Positions 27,780-37,922 of a DNA stretch of 64,000 bases are shown here, piece by piece. The position numbers were made by a program, and so were the translations under genes. The notes under the pieces are model-generated. The model was not told where the DNA came from. It did not search any database and worked only from the letters and a program-made list of their open reading frames with translations. The stretch's first letter is position 1; each line of letters begins with the position of its first letter. The DNA comes from a virus: the IMG/VR virus record IMGVR_UViG_3300047491_001507; one strand, given 5' to 3'.

Positions 27780-29477
27780 ATGGTTTCATTTAAGGAATTT
27801 TTACTTGAGTCTAATTTAAAAGATCGTGCTTCCAACAGATTCACGAAAATCAAGGATATTTTGGCTAAATTGACTCAACAAGGAGTTCCTGAAAGCAATA
27901 TATGGCTTACATTTACTAATGTTCCTAGAATTTCTATTTGGCCCCAATCAGAAACAAGACAACAAGGAACTCCAACTGCATTGTTTGCATATCCATTGAA
28001 CTTTATAAATCATTATGGTCGTAAATTTGAAGATTTTTACTATTACGGCTGTGATCGAGCTTTTATGGTTATTTTTATTGTTAATGAAAACATTAACGAT
28101 ATTGGAGGAAAAACTGATTTTGACATTAGTCAATATTCTTTAAGTAAAAATTATGCTAGCGTAGCTAAAACAGTATTTAGAAAAATAACCAATACAAGCG
28201 ACGAAGAACAAGAATGCTTAAGTGTAATTTTCAGTTACATACAAAATCATACTCATGGTGCTGTATCGCCAGTTCCTAATGTGTTGCAGATGGCAGAAAA
28301 TGCAGTGGATATAGCCTTAGAACGTGTTTTATTTAATGCTTTTGATACCCTACATGGCGGCGATACTATATTTGGCGAAACGATAGATAGAGTTTATCAT
28401 AGTGTAGAGAAATTTGAACCAGAGCTATATTCTGAACTAGCAGGATCAGAATATAAAGCAGAATTATCTGCGGGAGTAGTTCTAAAAATCGAAAAATACC
28501 CCCAATTCAGTCATTTGGTCAAATATGCCAATAAAGTAATCCTATACGGAAAGGAATTGTTAGATTTTGACAAACAAATTAGAAAGTCTACAGCTAGCAT
28601 CGATCCATCTAAAATAGACAAAGAAGAATTGTTTAACAAAACCGTGACATTTATTAAAGAGTGTAATAGTTCTTTTGCAGAATTTATAAAGCAACATAAT
28701 GATGTATTGAATAGCAAAACATTTCCTAAAAAGGATGAGCTTATAAAAATCGCAACTGAACACCAATTAGATCTTAATTTAGCAATAATAAACGCCGCAC
28801 GCTCTGTCATGCCAATTGAAAATGAAAATCAATTTGTTTATAGAATAGCAGAAAATTTAGCAATGCAATGGGCTGATAAAGATGATAAGCATAAATATTG
28901 GCCGTCTAGATGGGCTAGAATCCTTAAAAGACTTGGAATCTCAAATATAGTAGACTTACAACATACTGGGGCTGTACATGGTTCTGAGCCTACTCAAGGT
29001 GCATTTTTCGATACAAGAAAATTAGAGATGGTGGCGGTGTTAGTAAACAGATCGCATCTAGATCCTCGTACTGTATTGGTCGATAAATATAATTCAGGAC
29101 ATCTTGAGCCAGGAGGCTCTCAACGAAAGAAAACTCCTACAGGTTGGAATTACTATAATTCTCCAGAAGAGAAAAAAGCTACAGGCTTGGCTGTCTATGC
29201 AAACCAATTATTTACTCAATTAGCAAGCAGCATCGATTATATAAAGTACTTTATGGTAAATCCAGAAGTTGAAATAGGAAAAGAAAGAGCCTCTGTAAAA
29301 CGATTAAAAAATTTGGTCAATAGATATGTTAAGATTCATGACTGGATAGCCCGTAATAAGCCTCATTTAGCAAATGAAATTCGGAGATCTTTACAGGAAA
29401 TTGATTTAGATTCAAGAAAGGAACTATCGCCAATATTGCACAGGCTGGATACGTGTTTAAATTTGGATAACATATAA
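27780..29477 (+). CDS. paralog 4 of the tandem family
   Basis: MVSFKEFLLE|SNLKDRASNRF...; VYRIAENLAMQWADKDDK..YWPSRWARILKRLGISNIVDLQHTGAVHGSEPTQGAFFDTRKLEM. Confidence 0.6.
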   Translation: MVSFKEFLLESNLKDRASNRFTKIKDILAKLTQQGVPESNIWLTFTNVPRISIWPQSETRQQGTPTALFAYPLNFINHYGRKFEDFYYYGCDRAFMVIFIVNENINDIGGKTDFDISQYSLSKNYASVAKTVFRKITNTSDEEQECLSVIFSYIQNHTHGAVSPVPNVLQMAENAVDIALERVLFNAFDTLHGGDTIFGETIDRVYHSVEKFEPELYSELAGSEYKAELSAGVVLKIEKYPQFSHLVKYANKVILYGKELLDFDKQIRKSTASIDPSKIDKEELFNKTVTFIKECNSSFAEFIKQHNDVLNSKTFPKKDELIKIATEHQLDLNLAIINAARSVMPIENENQFVYRIAENLAMQWADKDDKHKYWPSRWARILKRLGISNIVDLQHTGAVHGSEPTQGAFFDTRKLEMVAVLVNRSHLDPRTVLVDKYNSGHLEPGGSQRKKTPTGWNYYNSPEEKKATGLAVYANQLFTQLASSIDYIKYFMVNPEVEIGKERASVKRLKNLVNRYVKIHDWIARNKPHLANEIRRSLQEIDLDSRKELSPILHRLDTCLNLDNI

Positions 29478-29483
29478 TAAATA
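29474..29483 (+). promoter_or_regulatory. ATAATAAATA (T4 late-promoter TATAAATA-like) about 16 nt upstream of the paralog-5 ATG, followed by SD GGAG
   Basis: catataataaatagtgtggagtattacgATG. Confidence 0.3.
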
Positions 29484-29498
29484 GTGTGGAGTATTACG

Positions 29499-31202
29499 AT
29501 GGTTTCATTTAAAGAATTCTTTTTTATTGAGGCTGGTTTAGAACATCGGCCTTTTAACAAATTTAAGCAATTAGAAGAAATTGCCAATAAATTGAAACAA
29601 GAAGGAATTCCTGAAGCCAATATCTGGATTACATTCACCAATGTGCCTAGAATTTCTATCTGGCCTAGAACAGAAAACAAAGAACAAGAAACCCCAATGG
29701 CATTATATGGCTACCCCATTAAAATCGTCATAGACAAGAACACGGATTTTAGTTATTTTGCATCAAAAAGACCATATATTGTTGTTTTTATCGTCAATGA
29801 AGACATTAAAGATATAGGCATTAAAGACAAAAATTTCGATGTAAATCAATACAAAATAGATATTGATAGTGCGAAGATTTTAGAATCAGTTTATAGAAGC
29901 CTTCCTACAGAAGGAATCGAAGAAGAAAAATGCTTAAAAGAAATCTACGAATATTTGTTGCGATGTAGACACTTTGCATTTTTAGAGCTTTTACATAGTA
30001 CTAGTCAAGCAGCATTCCACGCAAAACAAAGTGTTTGTTACGAAGCTTTTTGTGAACTAAAAGGCAAAGACAGCATATTTGGAGGTGCCGTGGATGAAGT
30101 GTATGGCAGTGTGCATCATTCGGGGAAATTCTGGGTTCAACTGTCTACAGAGACAATAGAAGCAATCAAATACAATCCTAAGTTCAATTTCTTATTAAAG
30201 TACATCAAATCTCCTTTGTTATATGGCAAAGATGCTCAAGAATTTGATGCTTTAGTCAGAAAACCTTCTTCAGGCATTGACCCGTCTAAAATAAACGAAT
30301 CTAAGTTATTTGAAAAAGCCAAAAGTCTTGTTACTAATTTTAAAGCCGAATATGATAGAGTAGAAAAAGAACAGTTAACAAATCTTATCAGTAAGGATTT
30401 TCCCAAGAAAAAGGGGTTGATGGAAATAGCTAATGAATATGATTTGAATATAGGCTTGGCTTTGTCTAAAGCTACAGATATTTGGTACTTAAAGGCTTCA
30501 GAAGGAAGTGTTTTGCCCAGAAATAAAGATGAATTCGTATATCGTGTGACTGAAGAATTGGCTCGTCAATGGGCAAGACAAGATGGAAAAGATGGGCATT
30601 GGCCAGGAAGATGGAGAAGATTATTGATGCGACTTGGTTATTCAAGTATTGCTGATTTGCAACATTCCGGTGCAATTCACAGAGCAGAACCTACACAAGG
30701 TGCATTTTTTGATACTTCCAAGCTAGAAATGATAACGGTGATTCGTAATTTGCCTTATATGAGTGATAGATTTAAACAAAACAGCGTATCAGAAAAGCTG
30801 CCAGATGACACAGAAATGCCTATATTGCAGGACAAATCTATTGTTCACACAAGGCAATCATCCACATCTCATCGGTATGAAGATTCGCCAGAAAGAAAAG
30901 CTTACAAGGGTCTTTTAAATAAAGCAACGGAGCGTGCAAATGATTTGAGAAGGACCATAACAACTATTAAGTCGTATCCCATAGATTATCAATATACAAT
31001 ATCGCTTCATGGATTTCGAAAAAGTGTAAATGCATTTATTGCGAGTTGTGATTGGATTTTAAGAAATAGTCCTGGCATATTAGACAATATCAAGCAAATA
31101 ATAGATATAGATCCAAACAAAGTAAGACCAGAATTTCATTCCATACTCAACAGTTTAAAGTCTAAAATTAGAGAAAAAGAACAAAGTGTCATAGGAGCTT
31201 AA
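29499..31202 (+). CDS. paralog 5 of the tandem family
   Basis: Track ORF starts 29484 (MWSIT), but the family-conserved start MVSFKEFFFIE|AGLEH is at 29499 with an SD upstream; VYRVTEELARQWARQDGK, SGAIHRAEPTQGAFFDTSKLEM. Confidence 0.55.
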   Translation: MVSFKEFFFIEAGLEHRPFNKFKQLEEIANKLKQEGIPEANIWITFTNVPRISIWPRTENKEQETPMALYGYPIKIVIDKNTDFSYFASKRPYIVVFIVNEDIKDIGIKDKNFDVNQYKIDIDSAKILESVYRSLPTEGIEEEKCLKEIYEYLLRCRHFAFLELLHSTSQAAFHAKQSVCYEAFCELKGKDSIFGGAVDEVYGSVHHSGKFWVQLSTETIEAIKYNPKFNFLLKYIKSPLLYGKDAQEFDALVRKPSSGIDPSKINESKLFEKAKSLVTNFKAEYDRVEKEQLTNLISKDFPKKKGLMEIANEYDLNIGLALSKATDIWYLKASEGSVLPRNKDEFVYRVTEELARQWARQDGKDGHWPGRWRRLLMRLGYSSIADLQHSGAIHRAEPTQGAFFDTSKLEMITVIRNLPYMSDRFKQNSVSEKLPDDTEMPILQDKSIVHTRQSSTSHRYEDSPERKAYKGLLNKATERANDLRRTITTIKSYPIDYQYTISLHGFRKSVNAFIASCDWILRNSPGILDNIKQIIDIDPNKVRPEFHSILNSLKSKIREKEQSVIGA

Positions 31203-31203
31203 T

Positions 31204-31464
31204 ATGTTTTTAGAATGGCTAGAACATAGACAATTGTGCGAAGTCACTAAGAAAGGTTGGCGTGGTACGGTTGCGGCCATGTTACAAAAACATCCTGATA
31301 AATTCAGCAAAGCAGCATGCAAAAAAGGATATGAAGGGGATAAGTTGTGCCCTTGGGCAATAGCACATTCTAAGGCCAAGGAAGATGCTGAACCTCATTA
31401 TAAAGATCAGGAAAGTTCTTTAAAGGGAAAACCTAAGAAAAAGAAGAAGTTTGAGGAAGATTAA
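31204..31464 (+). CDS. small basic protein with targeting-like N-terminus (MFLEWLEH)
   Basis: ORF track; Lys-rich C-terminus KPKKKKKFEED. Confidence 0.35.
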   Translation: MFLEWLEHRQLCEVTKKGWRGTVAAMLQKHPDKFSKAACKKGYEGDKLCPWAIAHSKAKEDAEPHYKDQESSLKGKPKKKKKFEED

Positions 31465-31847
31465 ACGCCATCTAAATGGTTCACGATTACTGTAACTTGG
31501 TCTTGCCATCGTGCGATATCAATTTGCTTTCTTCCAGGGCCTAATTCTCTTAATTTTTCGGAAAGTTCATGGGTTGTGCAGTTGATGACTTGCCAATTAT
31601 TAATGTGTGGTTGTTCAACTTCTTCTTTTAATTCTTGATCGGTTGGGGCTACTTTAGTGGGAAAGTATTCTAGTAATTGCTTATGTCCTTTTTTCATTAT
31701 GTTGATATAGACAGAAGTATTACATCCACAGGTGGGGTTTTTGAGGAATTTTTGGACATCTTCTTGCAACTCTTCTGGCAGAGAATCACGAAATCTTTCG
31801 TCAAAAAGAGCTTGTTTAACATCATGGATTGTAATTCTTTTCTTCAT
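31461..31847 (-). CDS. hypothetical protein
   Basis: ORF track. Confidence 0.3.
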   Translation of the reverse strand: MKKRITIHDVKQALFDERFRDSLPEELQEDVQKFLKNPTCGCNTSVYINIMKKGHKQLLEYFPTKVAPTDQELKEEVEQPHINNWQVINCTTHELSEKLRELGPGRKQIDIARWQDQVTVIVNHLDGV

Positions 31848-32161
31848 CCTAAAAATTCCGTTTCCCTTTGAACAGGAGTGCCATCTTCAATTCGTTTTTT
31901 TCTTTCCCGTTCTGCGTGTTCTTTTTTTTGTTTTTCTTCAATCTCTTTGATGGTACTTGAATAAGCACCAGGAAGATTACGAACTGTAATGCCCCTTCCG
32001 CATTTGGGGCATTTTAGTTTTATTTGATCTTTAATTGTTGTTTTAATTTGATGTAAATCTACCTTAAACTCTTCGCCTTCTACGATTTGTTTATAAGAGC
32101 AAATTTCACAAAATACAATCCAACGCTTATTTGTCTTCTGCATCGTTAATTTCAAATCCAA
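31844..32161 (-). CDS. small zinc-ribbon protein (CEIC...CPKCG)
   Basis: Two C-x2-C pairs; Lys/Glu-rich tail. Confidence 0.35.
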   Translation of the reverse strand: MDLKLTMQKTNKRWIVFCEICSYKQIVEGEEFKVDLHQIKTTIKDQIKLKCPKCGRGITVRNLPGAYSSTIKEIEEKQKKEHAERERKKRIEDGTPVQRETEFLG

Positions 32162-32462
32162 TTTTAGAGCGAACTAAATCAATACAATCGGTGTAGGTTT
32201 GTGCTAAAACACTTCCTGCAAAGCCACACATGGGCCACATAAACCAATATTTGCTGGACAGGAAAAATAATCCGCAAAATAGTCCTGCCCAAAACCCTGA
32301 GCATTCATAACATTCAAACACCTGAAACCATTCAGTGTTCATATGTTTTTTAAGCCACGGTCTAAGTCCAATTACGTCTAATATTTTACCGTGAACCATA
32401 ATATTGGTTAGCCCGATAGTAGCTAATGCGAACCAAATCAGTGATACTGCTATCATTTTCAA
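32127..32462 (-). CDS. small integral membrane protein (2-3 predicted TM helices)
   Basis: Hydrophobic segments MIAVSLIWFALATIGLTNIMV, FWAGLFCGLFFLS, FMWPMCGFAGSVLA. Confidence 0.35.
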   Translation of the reverse strand: MKMIAVSLIWFALATIGLTNIMVHGKILDVIGLRPWLKKHMNTEWFQVFECYECSGFWAGLFCGLFFLSSKYWFMWPMCGFAGSVLAQTYTDCIDLVRSKIGFEINDAEDK

Positions 32463-33082
32463 CCTTCTTCTTCAATTAATAATTCTTCTGGATCTTCTTC
32501 TTCAATTACAATAGGTCTTGGCAGATTGGTTTTGCCAGCACTAATGGCGATCCAGCGGGGGAAAGGAGCTTCATAATCTATTTTTTCGATTCGACATGCT
32601 TCTTTGGTAGTAGGGAGAAGCATGACTTGGTATCTTCCGTCATTTTTGATTTTATCTAGTGTTTCAGCATTGATTTTCTTGATGAGATTTATCATCTCAT
32701 CGATTCCAATGGCCACATCAGGATGAAAATTGATATAAAATGTCAAAAAACCCTTGTTTTTAGGACAATATTCTTTTTTATCTTCCTCTTGTGGTTGAAA
32801 TATATTCTTCTTCTTTTTTGTTGTTTCTCCTTGGCCTTTATAGACAAAATCGTTTCTGGATCTACAACGAGGATAAGGTTCCTCGAAATCGATTTTTTCT
32901 ATTCTGCTGCCTTCTCTGGTGGTTGGCATGATAAAACACATATATTTGCCATCTTCTTCTAGCAATTGAAGGAAGGGTTTATTCATGTTTTTGATCATAT
33001 TGATGGTATTTTCTATATTTTGCCCCAATTCAGGGTAAAAATTTACATAAAATACAACCATACCTCTTAATTTATTTTCCAC
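32459..33082 (-). CDS. hypothetical protein made of two tandem about 85-aa internal repeats
   Basis: VVFYVNFYPELGQNIENTINMIKNMN...PTTREGSRIEKIDFEEPYPRC vs LTFYINFHPDVAIGIDEMINLIKKIN...PTTKEACRIEKIDYEAPFPRW. Confidence 0.35.
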   Translation of the reverse strand: MENKLRGMVVFYVNFYPELGQNIENTINMIKNMNKPFLQLLEEDGKYMCFIMPTTREGSRIEKIDFEEPYPRCRSRNDFVYKGQGETTKKKKNIFQPQEEDKKEYCPKNKGFLTFYINFHPDVAIGIDEMINLIKKINAETLDKIKNDGRYQVMLLPTTKEACRIEKIDYEAPFPRWIAISAGKTNLPRPIVIEEEDPEELLIEEEG

Positions 33083-33085
33083 AGT

Positions 33086-33460
33086 TTATCTCCAAAAGGA
33101 TATATAAAGAAATTGTTCGTCTCTCCAAGTACTAAAGTAGTTAAAACTTTGGATTTCGCATAACGCTTCACATATTTGTGCATTGTTTAAAGGAATTTTA
33201 AGATTTTCTACTATATTATAATTGAGTTTCTGAACAATGATTTTTTCACCAAAATACAATTCAAGAATATTTATGTCCTCTTCATTGAGGGAATTAATAA
33301 AATCCAGAAGAGCTTGTTTTCCTACATTACGAAGAAACGGCAGTCTTTTAGACAAACGCCACTGTTCGAAAAATCCAAACATATGATCCGGCAAAATGTT
33401 TTGTAAATTTTTGTCATAAAAGACAAGTTCTTCAACATTAGAAAAATTAACTATTTTCAT
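33086..33460 (-). CDS. hypothetical protein
   Basis: ORF track. Confidence 0.3.
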   Translation of the reverse strand: MKIVNFSNVEELVFYDKNLQNILPDHMFGFFEQWRLSKRLPFLRNVGKQALLDFINSLNEEDINILELYFGEKIIVQKLNYNIVENLKIPLNNAQICEALCEIQSFNYFSTWRDEQFLYISFWR

Positions 33461-33492
33461 ACTCTATTAGAGTACTAAACAAGGAGAAATTT

Positions 33493-34662
33493 ATGGCAGG
33501 AGATGATGAAGTAATCCGTTCAAGAAAAAAAGTCACCGCAGAAGAAATTAACGACCCACTAGCTCAAGTTAGGCAAATTCAAGAAGCAACAGCCAGAGAA
33601 GTTAATCGAGAAATCCCTGTTCCTTTTCAGGAAGATGCACCCTTTACTGTGAGTGGTAACATTCCGCCAGAATTTCAACAAATTTTAGCTCAGAAAAAAG
33701 GACAGGTGCCTCCACAGCAAATGCCCTATCCACAACAAATGCCTTATCCTCCACAGCCGCAAATGCCTTATCCGCAACAACAAATGTCGCAACAGCCTGT
33801 GCAGGATAATTTTGAGGTATTTGAAGCACCTCCAGAAAGAAAGAGGAACATTCAAACTCCAACCCAAGCTGGTAGCGGAGAATTAAATGCTTTGTTAGAG
33901 AAACTAGCAGAACATTATACATGGGAAAAGTTTGAGCTTTGTTCTAAAGGCAGATTTTATTCCAATATTCCTCCAGTTATTCATGTAAGACCTATGACAG
34001 GTGGCGAAGAGCAAATCTTAGCAACTGCTCGTTATGTGAAAAAAGGACAGGCTATTGATATGATCTTCCAGAAATGCATTCAGGAAACAATTCCTACAGA
34101 ACAGCTTCTTTCTGTAGATCGAACGCATTTATTGATTTACCTACGAGGTATTTCTTATACTCCTTCTTTTGATGTAGAAATTAAATGTCCTGCTTGTAAT
34201 ATCAAATTCTCTACAGTTATTGACTTGAATAGTTTAGAAGTCGAAACATGTCCTGACGATTTTTCGTTTGATCAGTTATCAGGTAAATTGCCGACTAGTG
34301 GTTTTTCCTATACATATCGCTTAGCGACTGGATCTGACGAACAAGAGATAAATCAATATCGTGAAAAACGTATCCAACAATGGGGAGATCAAGGCGATGA
34401 CGATACTCTTCTTTATCGAACTGCCTTGCTCTTGGAACAAATTGAAAATGTGACTCGTAAGAAAGAATTGGCCACATTATTGAAAAAATTGCCAATAAAT
34501 GACGTTGCACATCTAAGAAATACGATTAATGATCCTCCTTTCGGAGTAAATACAAATATCGTTCAGTATTGTCCTGCATGCGGCGAAGATTTTGAAATTG
34601 ATTTGCCATTTGATGCAAATTTTTTCTTCCCCAAAAAGAAGGAGGTGGAAGTTCAAGCGTAG
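33493..34662 (+). CDS. hypothetical protein with QQMPYP tandem repeats and two CPAC zinc-knuckle pairs
   Basis: PQQMPYPQQMPYPPQPQMPYPQQQM low-complexity repeats; CPACNIKF ... CPACGEDF. Confidence 0.4.
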   Translation: MAGDDEVIRSRKKVTAEEINDPLAQVRQIQEATAREVNREIPVPFQEDAPFTVSGNIPPEFQQILAQKKGQVPPQQMPYPQQMPYPPQPQMPYPQQQMSQQPVQDNFEVFEAPPERKRNIQTPTQAGSGELNALLEKLAEHYTWEKFELCSKGRFYSNIPPVIHVRPMTGGEEQILATARYVKKGQAIDMIFQKCIQETIPTEQLLSVDRTHLLIYLRGISYTPSFDVEIKCPACNIKFSTVIDLNSLEVETCPDDFSFDQLSGKLPTSGFSYTYRLATGSDEQEINQYREKRIQQWGDQGDDDTLLYRTALLLEQIENVTRKKELATLLKKLPINDVAHLRNTINDPPFGVNTNIVQYCPACGEDFEIDLPFDANFFFPKKKEVEVQA

Positions 34663-34947
34663 AGCTTTGGGGAATTCTCATGGAGGAGTTATTCTTTTTC
34701 CAATATCACATGCACATGAGCAGGCGTGACTGTATGAGCCTGCCCATTCATGAGAGGAAATGGATGATTCAGCGATTTATTGATCAAAAACGATTAGAAC
34801 ATGAAGCTTTAGAAAAAGCAAAGAAGAAACGATGAGAAACTTTTGGATATTAAACAGGAAAAAAAAAGAAGAACTAGCAAAACAAGTGCCAAAACATCTA
34901 GATATTAGAAATATCGTTATTTTGAAAAAACTTTTAGGGAAAACAAA

Positions 34948-35682
34948 ATGGCAAAAGAACGCTACCAAAACCCCGTAGTCGGTGACTTATTAAATTTAAG
35001 ACTTTTTGCTTATAATAGCAATAATTTTGCTGATTTCAGGGAAATCGAAGAGGTAAATATTTACTATCTAGATCCCGCCGAAATCAATGCCGACAATCCT
35101 GACGGCAGAAGATTAGTAGAGAGTTTTAATGGAGACAGTGTCACTTCAGAAGATACGGGACAATATCTGCTCCAGACCCAACTTGAGCAAAATGTATATG
35201 TAATTGGAAGATATTGCGATGTTTGGACTGTCAGTGTGTTTGAGGACCAACCCTCTCAAACAGTAGAGCAATATTTCGAAATATATCCAGCATTATGGTA
35301 TACCACGCCAATGCCCATTGTTTATGATTTTAGCTTTAATTTTCAACCAAATAAATTCAGGCAAAATTCCAAACAATATTTGATTATCGAAATTACTCCC
35401 AATGTGCCACGAGCCAGTGATTTACGAGCTTATTACGAAAATCTTGCTATCGTATCTGATTTAAAACTCACTATCGAACAACGTTGTGGAGATTGCCTTC
35501 CTGCTGAACGGGATGCTCGTGTTATTGTAGAAGAAGTAAGCGTAGATTATCGAGAAAAACGATTCGGCTATTACCAACTTGATACTGCCGATATGGAATG
35601 CGGCATCTATGATGTGACTTTTAGACTGGATTTTGGCGGAAATAGATACATTTCTGATAAACATCAATTTCAAATTTATTAA
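34948..35682 (+). CDS. hypothetical protein
   Basis: ORF track; RBS-like aggg upstream. Confidence 0.35.
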   Translation: MAKERYQNPVVGDLLNLRLFAYNSNNFADFREIEEVNIYYLDPAEINADNPDGRRLVESFNGDSVTSEDTGQYLLQTQLEQNVYVIGRYCDVWTVSVFEDQPSQTVEQYFEIYPALWYTTPMPIVYDFSFNFQPNKFRQNSKQYLIIEITPNVPRASDLRAYYENLAIVSDLKLTIEQRCGDCLPAERDARVIVEEVSVDYREKRFGYYQLDTADMECGIYDVTFRLDFGGNRYISDKHQFQIY

Positions 35683-35683
35683 A

Positions 35684-36061
35684 ATGATACAAGATAATGA
35701 ACCAAATAGTTTTAACTTGATATTCAAGTCAGTACCAAAACTATCAGAACAAGTCGAGCATCTTTATTGGGATAGTTCTGCAAAAATACTCAAACTGATT
35801 TTAAAAGAAACAAGTGAGTTTCATGTTTATAGATGGGTCAACGAAATAAAGAAGTATTGTGCAGAAATTAAAAAAAGTCCATTTCATCATATGGAGAAAG
35901 ACACACTAACCTTGCAGTTTTTAAGCGACAATAACGTTCTAATAAAAATCCAATTTACCGACCTGAAGATTGAACAGCATTGTTGTAATTTGAAAGCAAA
36001 TTTCAAAAATCCCCTCAAGTATAAAGTTGTTGTGTCATATGGCAGCGAATCACTATGTTAA
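35684..36061 (+). CDS. hypothetical protein
   Basis: Track ORF starts 35633 but overlaps the upstream gene; ATG immediately after the upstream stop (MIQDNEPN) is the likelier start. Confidence 0.3.
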   Translation: MIQDNEPNSFNLIFKSVPKLSEQVEHLYWDSSAKILKLILKETSEFHVYRWVNEIKKYCAEIKKSPFHHMEKDTLTLQFLSDNNVLIKIQFTDLKIEQHCCNLKANFKNPLKYKVVVSYGSESLC

Positions 36062-36246
36062 TGAGATGTACTTTCTGGTTGTGGAAGTCTTGGTTCTGAA
36101 GGGTTTAATTTAGGCATCTTTTTGTGATGCTTATGGAATTTAGATGGATGGTAATGATGAGATGGAGGATTGATTATTATATGTGTTGGTGGAGTATTAT
36201 AACACCCACATAAGAACAACGAACCAATAAAAACAATTTTTTTCAT
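36058..36246 (-). CDS. putative small lipoprotein, His-rich (MKKIVFIGSLFLCGC...)
   Basis: Signal-peptide-like N-terminus with an L-x-G-C lipobox-like LCGC; start taken at the internal ATG (MKKIVF). Confidence 0.3.
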   Translation of the reverse strand: MKKIVFIGSLFLCGCYNTPPTHIIINPPSHHYHPSKFHKHHKKMPKLNPSEPRLPQPESTSH

Positions 36247-36305
36247 AAATACCTCTATGTTATTTCTATAATATTTATAGTTATTATTGTATTTTAAGGA
36301 GATAG

Positions 36306-36710
36306 GTGAAAAATACACACAAGAGCAAATTAGACAAGAAAAAATCTAATGAGAATTCCAAGTATTGGAAAAACAAACTTTGGGCTTTAGTCCGAAAAAT
36401 AGTCTTAGAACGAGATGGACATTGCTGTGTAATGTGCGGTAATACAGAAAAAACTAACGTCCATCACATTATAGATCGAAGATATAAGCCTTTTAGCTTT
36501 GAAACTAATAATCTTATCAGTCTTTGTCCTAAATGTCACAAATTTGATTCTTTCAAATCAGTTCATTGCAATCCTGCTCGATTTCTAAAGTTCTTAAAAA
36601 CGTTCAGAAAAGAACAATGGAAATGGATCAACGAACATTGCAATGAACCATTTGAAGAAAAACAGGAAACTATTTTGGAAATATACAACAGGTTAAACGA
36701 ATCAACCTGA
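36306..36710 (+). CDS. HNH endonuclease
   Basis: CCVMCGN...NVHHIIDRRYKP...NLISLCPKCHK (C-x2-C ... HH ... N ... C-x2-CH). Confidence 0.65.
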   Translation: MKNTHKSKLDKKKSNENSKYWKNKLWALVRKIVLERDGHCCVMCGNTEKTNVHHIIDRRYKPFSFETNNLISLCPKCHKFDSFKSVHCNPARFLKFLKTFRKEQWKWINEHCNEPFEEKQETILEIYNRLNEST

Positions 36711-37895
36711 AATAATTCTAAAAGTTCCTTCTAAATCAAACTTTGTTTGCTCCAATAATTCTATTAATTGTTCATATTCACCAGTACCGAGATTGCTCTC
36801 ATTAAGATGATTGACTGTTTCTGTTTCAATAGACTGTGCCAAATTAATTATTTCTTGGCACAAATCTTGATACCTAGAATCATTCGGTGGTGTAAATAAA
36901 CCCTCTTCTAGAGTGAATTCCTCTTCCTCTTTTACCGGTGGAGCTTTCTTAGGTTTTTTGACAATTACATTCTCAAAATCGTCCAATTGAGTGATTACCG
37001 GTAAGTTTTTCTCTGCTTTTATGATGTTTTTAATGGGTTCTGGCTTCCATTCTTTGGTACTTTCTGAGGTTTCGATTTTAAATCGAAGCAATTGTGCATT
37101 ATCGGTCATCATGGGATTGTTTTCATCAGTCCAAAATGCCCAAATTTCATTAGTTGGAATCTCTATTAATTTTTCATTGCCAGAACAAGCCTTGGTTAGC
37201 CATTTTGAAGATGCAACTGCCTTAAACCAAATAAATGGCTCCGAAAAAAAGAAAATTTGACCCAACAATTCCCTAAGATCACAAATCCATAAAGGACGTT
37301 TTTCATTCCTAAATAGGAACAAATAACGCAAATCATGCTCTAGTCTCTCTCCTAAAGCAACAGCCATTCCTCCTTGGGAAATGACCGACCAAATGCTTTT
37401 AATTCCATTAATACGTCGAGAAATTTCCGAATTGACCTTCAAATCCTCAATTTCTGCGTCCATGTTGTGTTCAAATAGTCTCAACAACACTTCCGAATCA
37501 GTATTGGATTTGATTTTGTATTTCTCTTTAAGAAATCGAAATTCACTAAGTGTTCCGTTGTGAATCATGCCGATTCGCTTGTCTTCACTCACAAATGGGT
37601 GATTATTGCAGTTGTCAGAGGCATTTCCTCCACCAAATGAAGTAGCTCGTGCATGAACCAGCATCATGTTTAATTGGAGCTTTTTAATCTTTTTCCAAAA
37701 AGTTTTTTGGATGAAATCTGTAGCTCTAATCGGTTCTTTGTGATACAAAATTCTTCCATCATTGCCAGTCTCGGTTCCCCAAACTCCAGAGGCATCTGTT
37801 CCACGGATTTCCAGAAAATCAAATAGACAAGTTATCAACTCGTAAGTGATTTTGGGATTTTTAGACTGACCAATATATCCAGCGATACCACACAC
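36702..37895 (-). CDS. class-II (Ntn) glutamine amidotransferase domain protein
   Basis: N-terminal catalytic MCGIAGYIG; RGTDASGV and IHNGTLSEF resemble the GATase-II motifs (RGPD.SG, HNGEIYN); no AsnB-type synthetase SGGLDSS motif in the C-terminal half. Confidence 0.55.
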   Translation of the reverse strand: MCGIAGYIGQSKNPKITYELITCLFDFLEIRGTDASGVWGTETGNDGRILYHKEPIRATDFIQKTFWKKIKKLQLNMMLVHARATSFGGGNASDNCNNHPFVSEDKRIGMIHNGTLSEFRFLKEKYKIKSNTDSEVLLRLFEHNMDAEIEDLKVNSEISRRINGIKSIWSVISQGGMAVALGERLEHDLRYLFLFRNEKRPLWICDLRELLGQIFFFSEPFIWFKAVASSKWLTKACSGNEKLIEIPTNEIWAFWTDENNPMMTDNAQLLRFKIETSESTKEWKPEPIKNIIKAEKNLPVITQLDDFENVIVKKPKKAPPVKEEEEFTLEEGLFTPPNDSRYQDLCQEIINLAQSIETETVNHLNESNLGTGEYEQLIELLEQTKFDLEGTFRIISG

Positions 37896-37922
37896 TTGTC
37901 ACCTCTTTTTTAAGTAAAAATT

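Noticed and set aside
33644-33922. Minus-strand ORFs across the QQMPYP repeat of 33493..34662
   Set aside because: Antisense of a low-complexity coding repeat; no independent start or RBS context.
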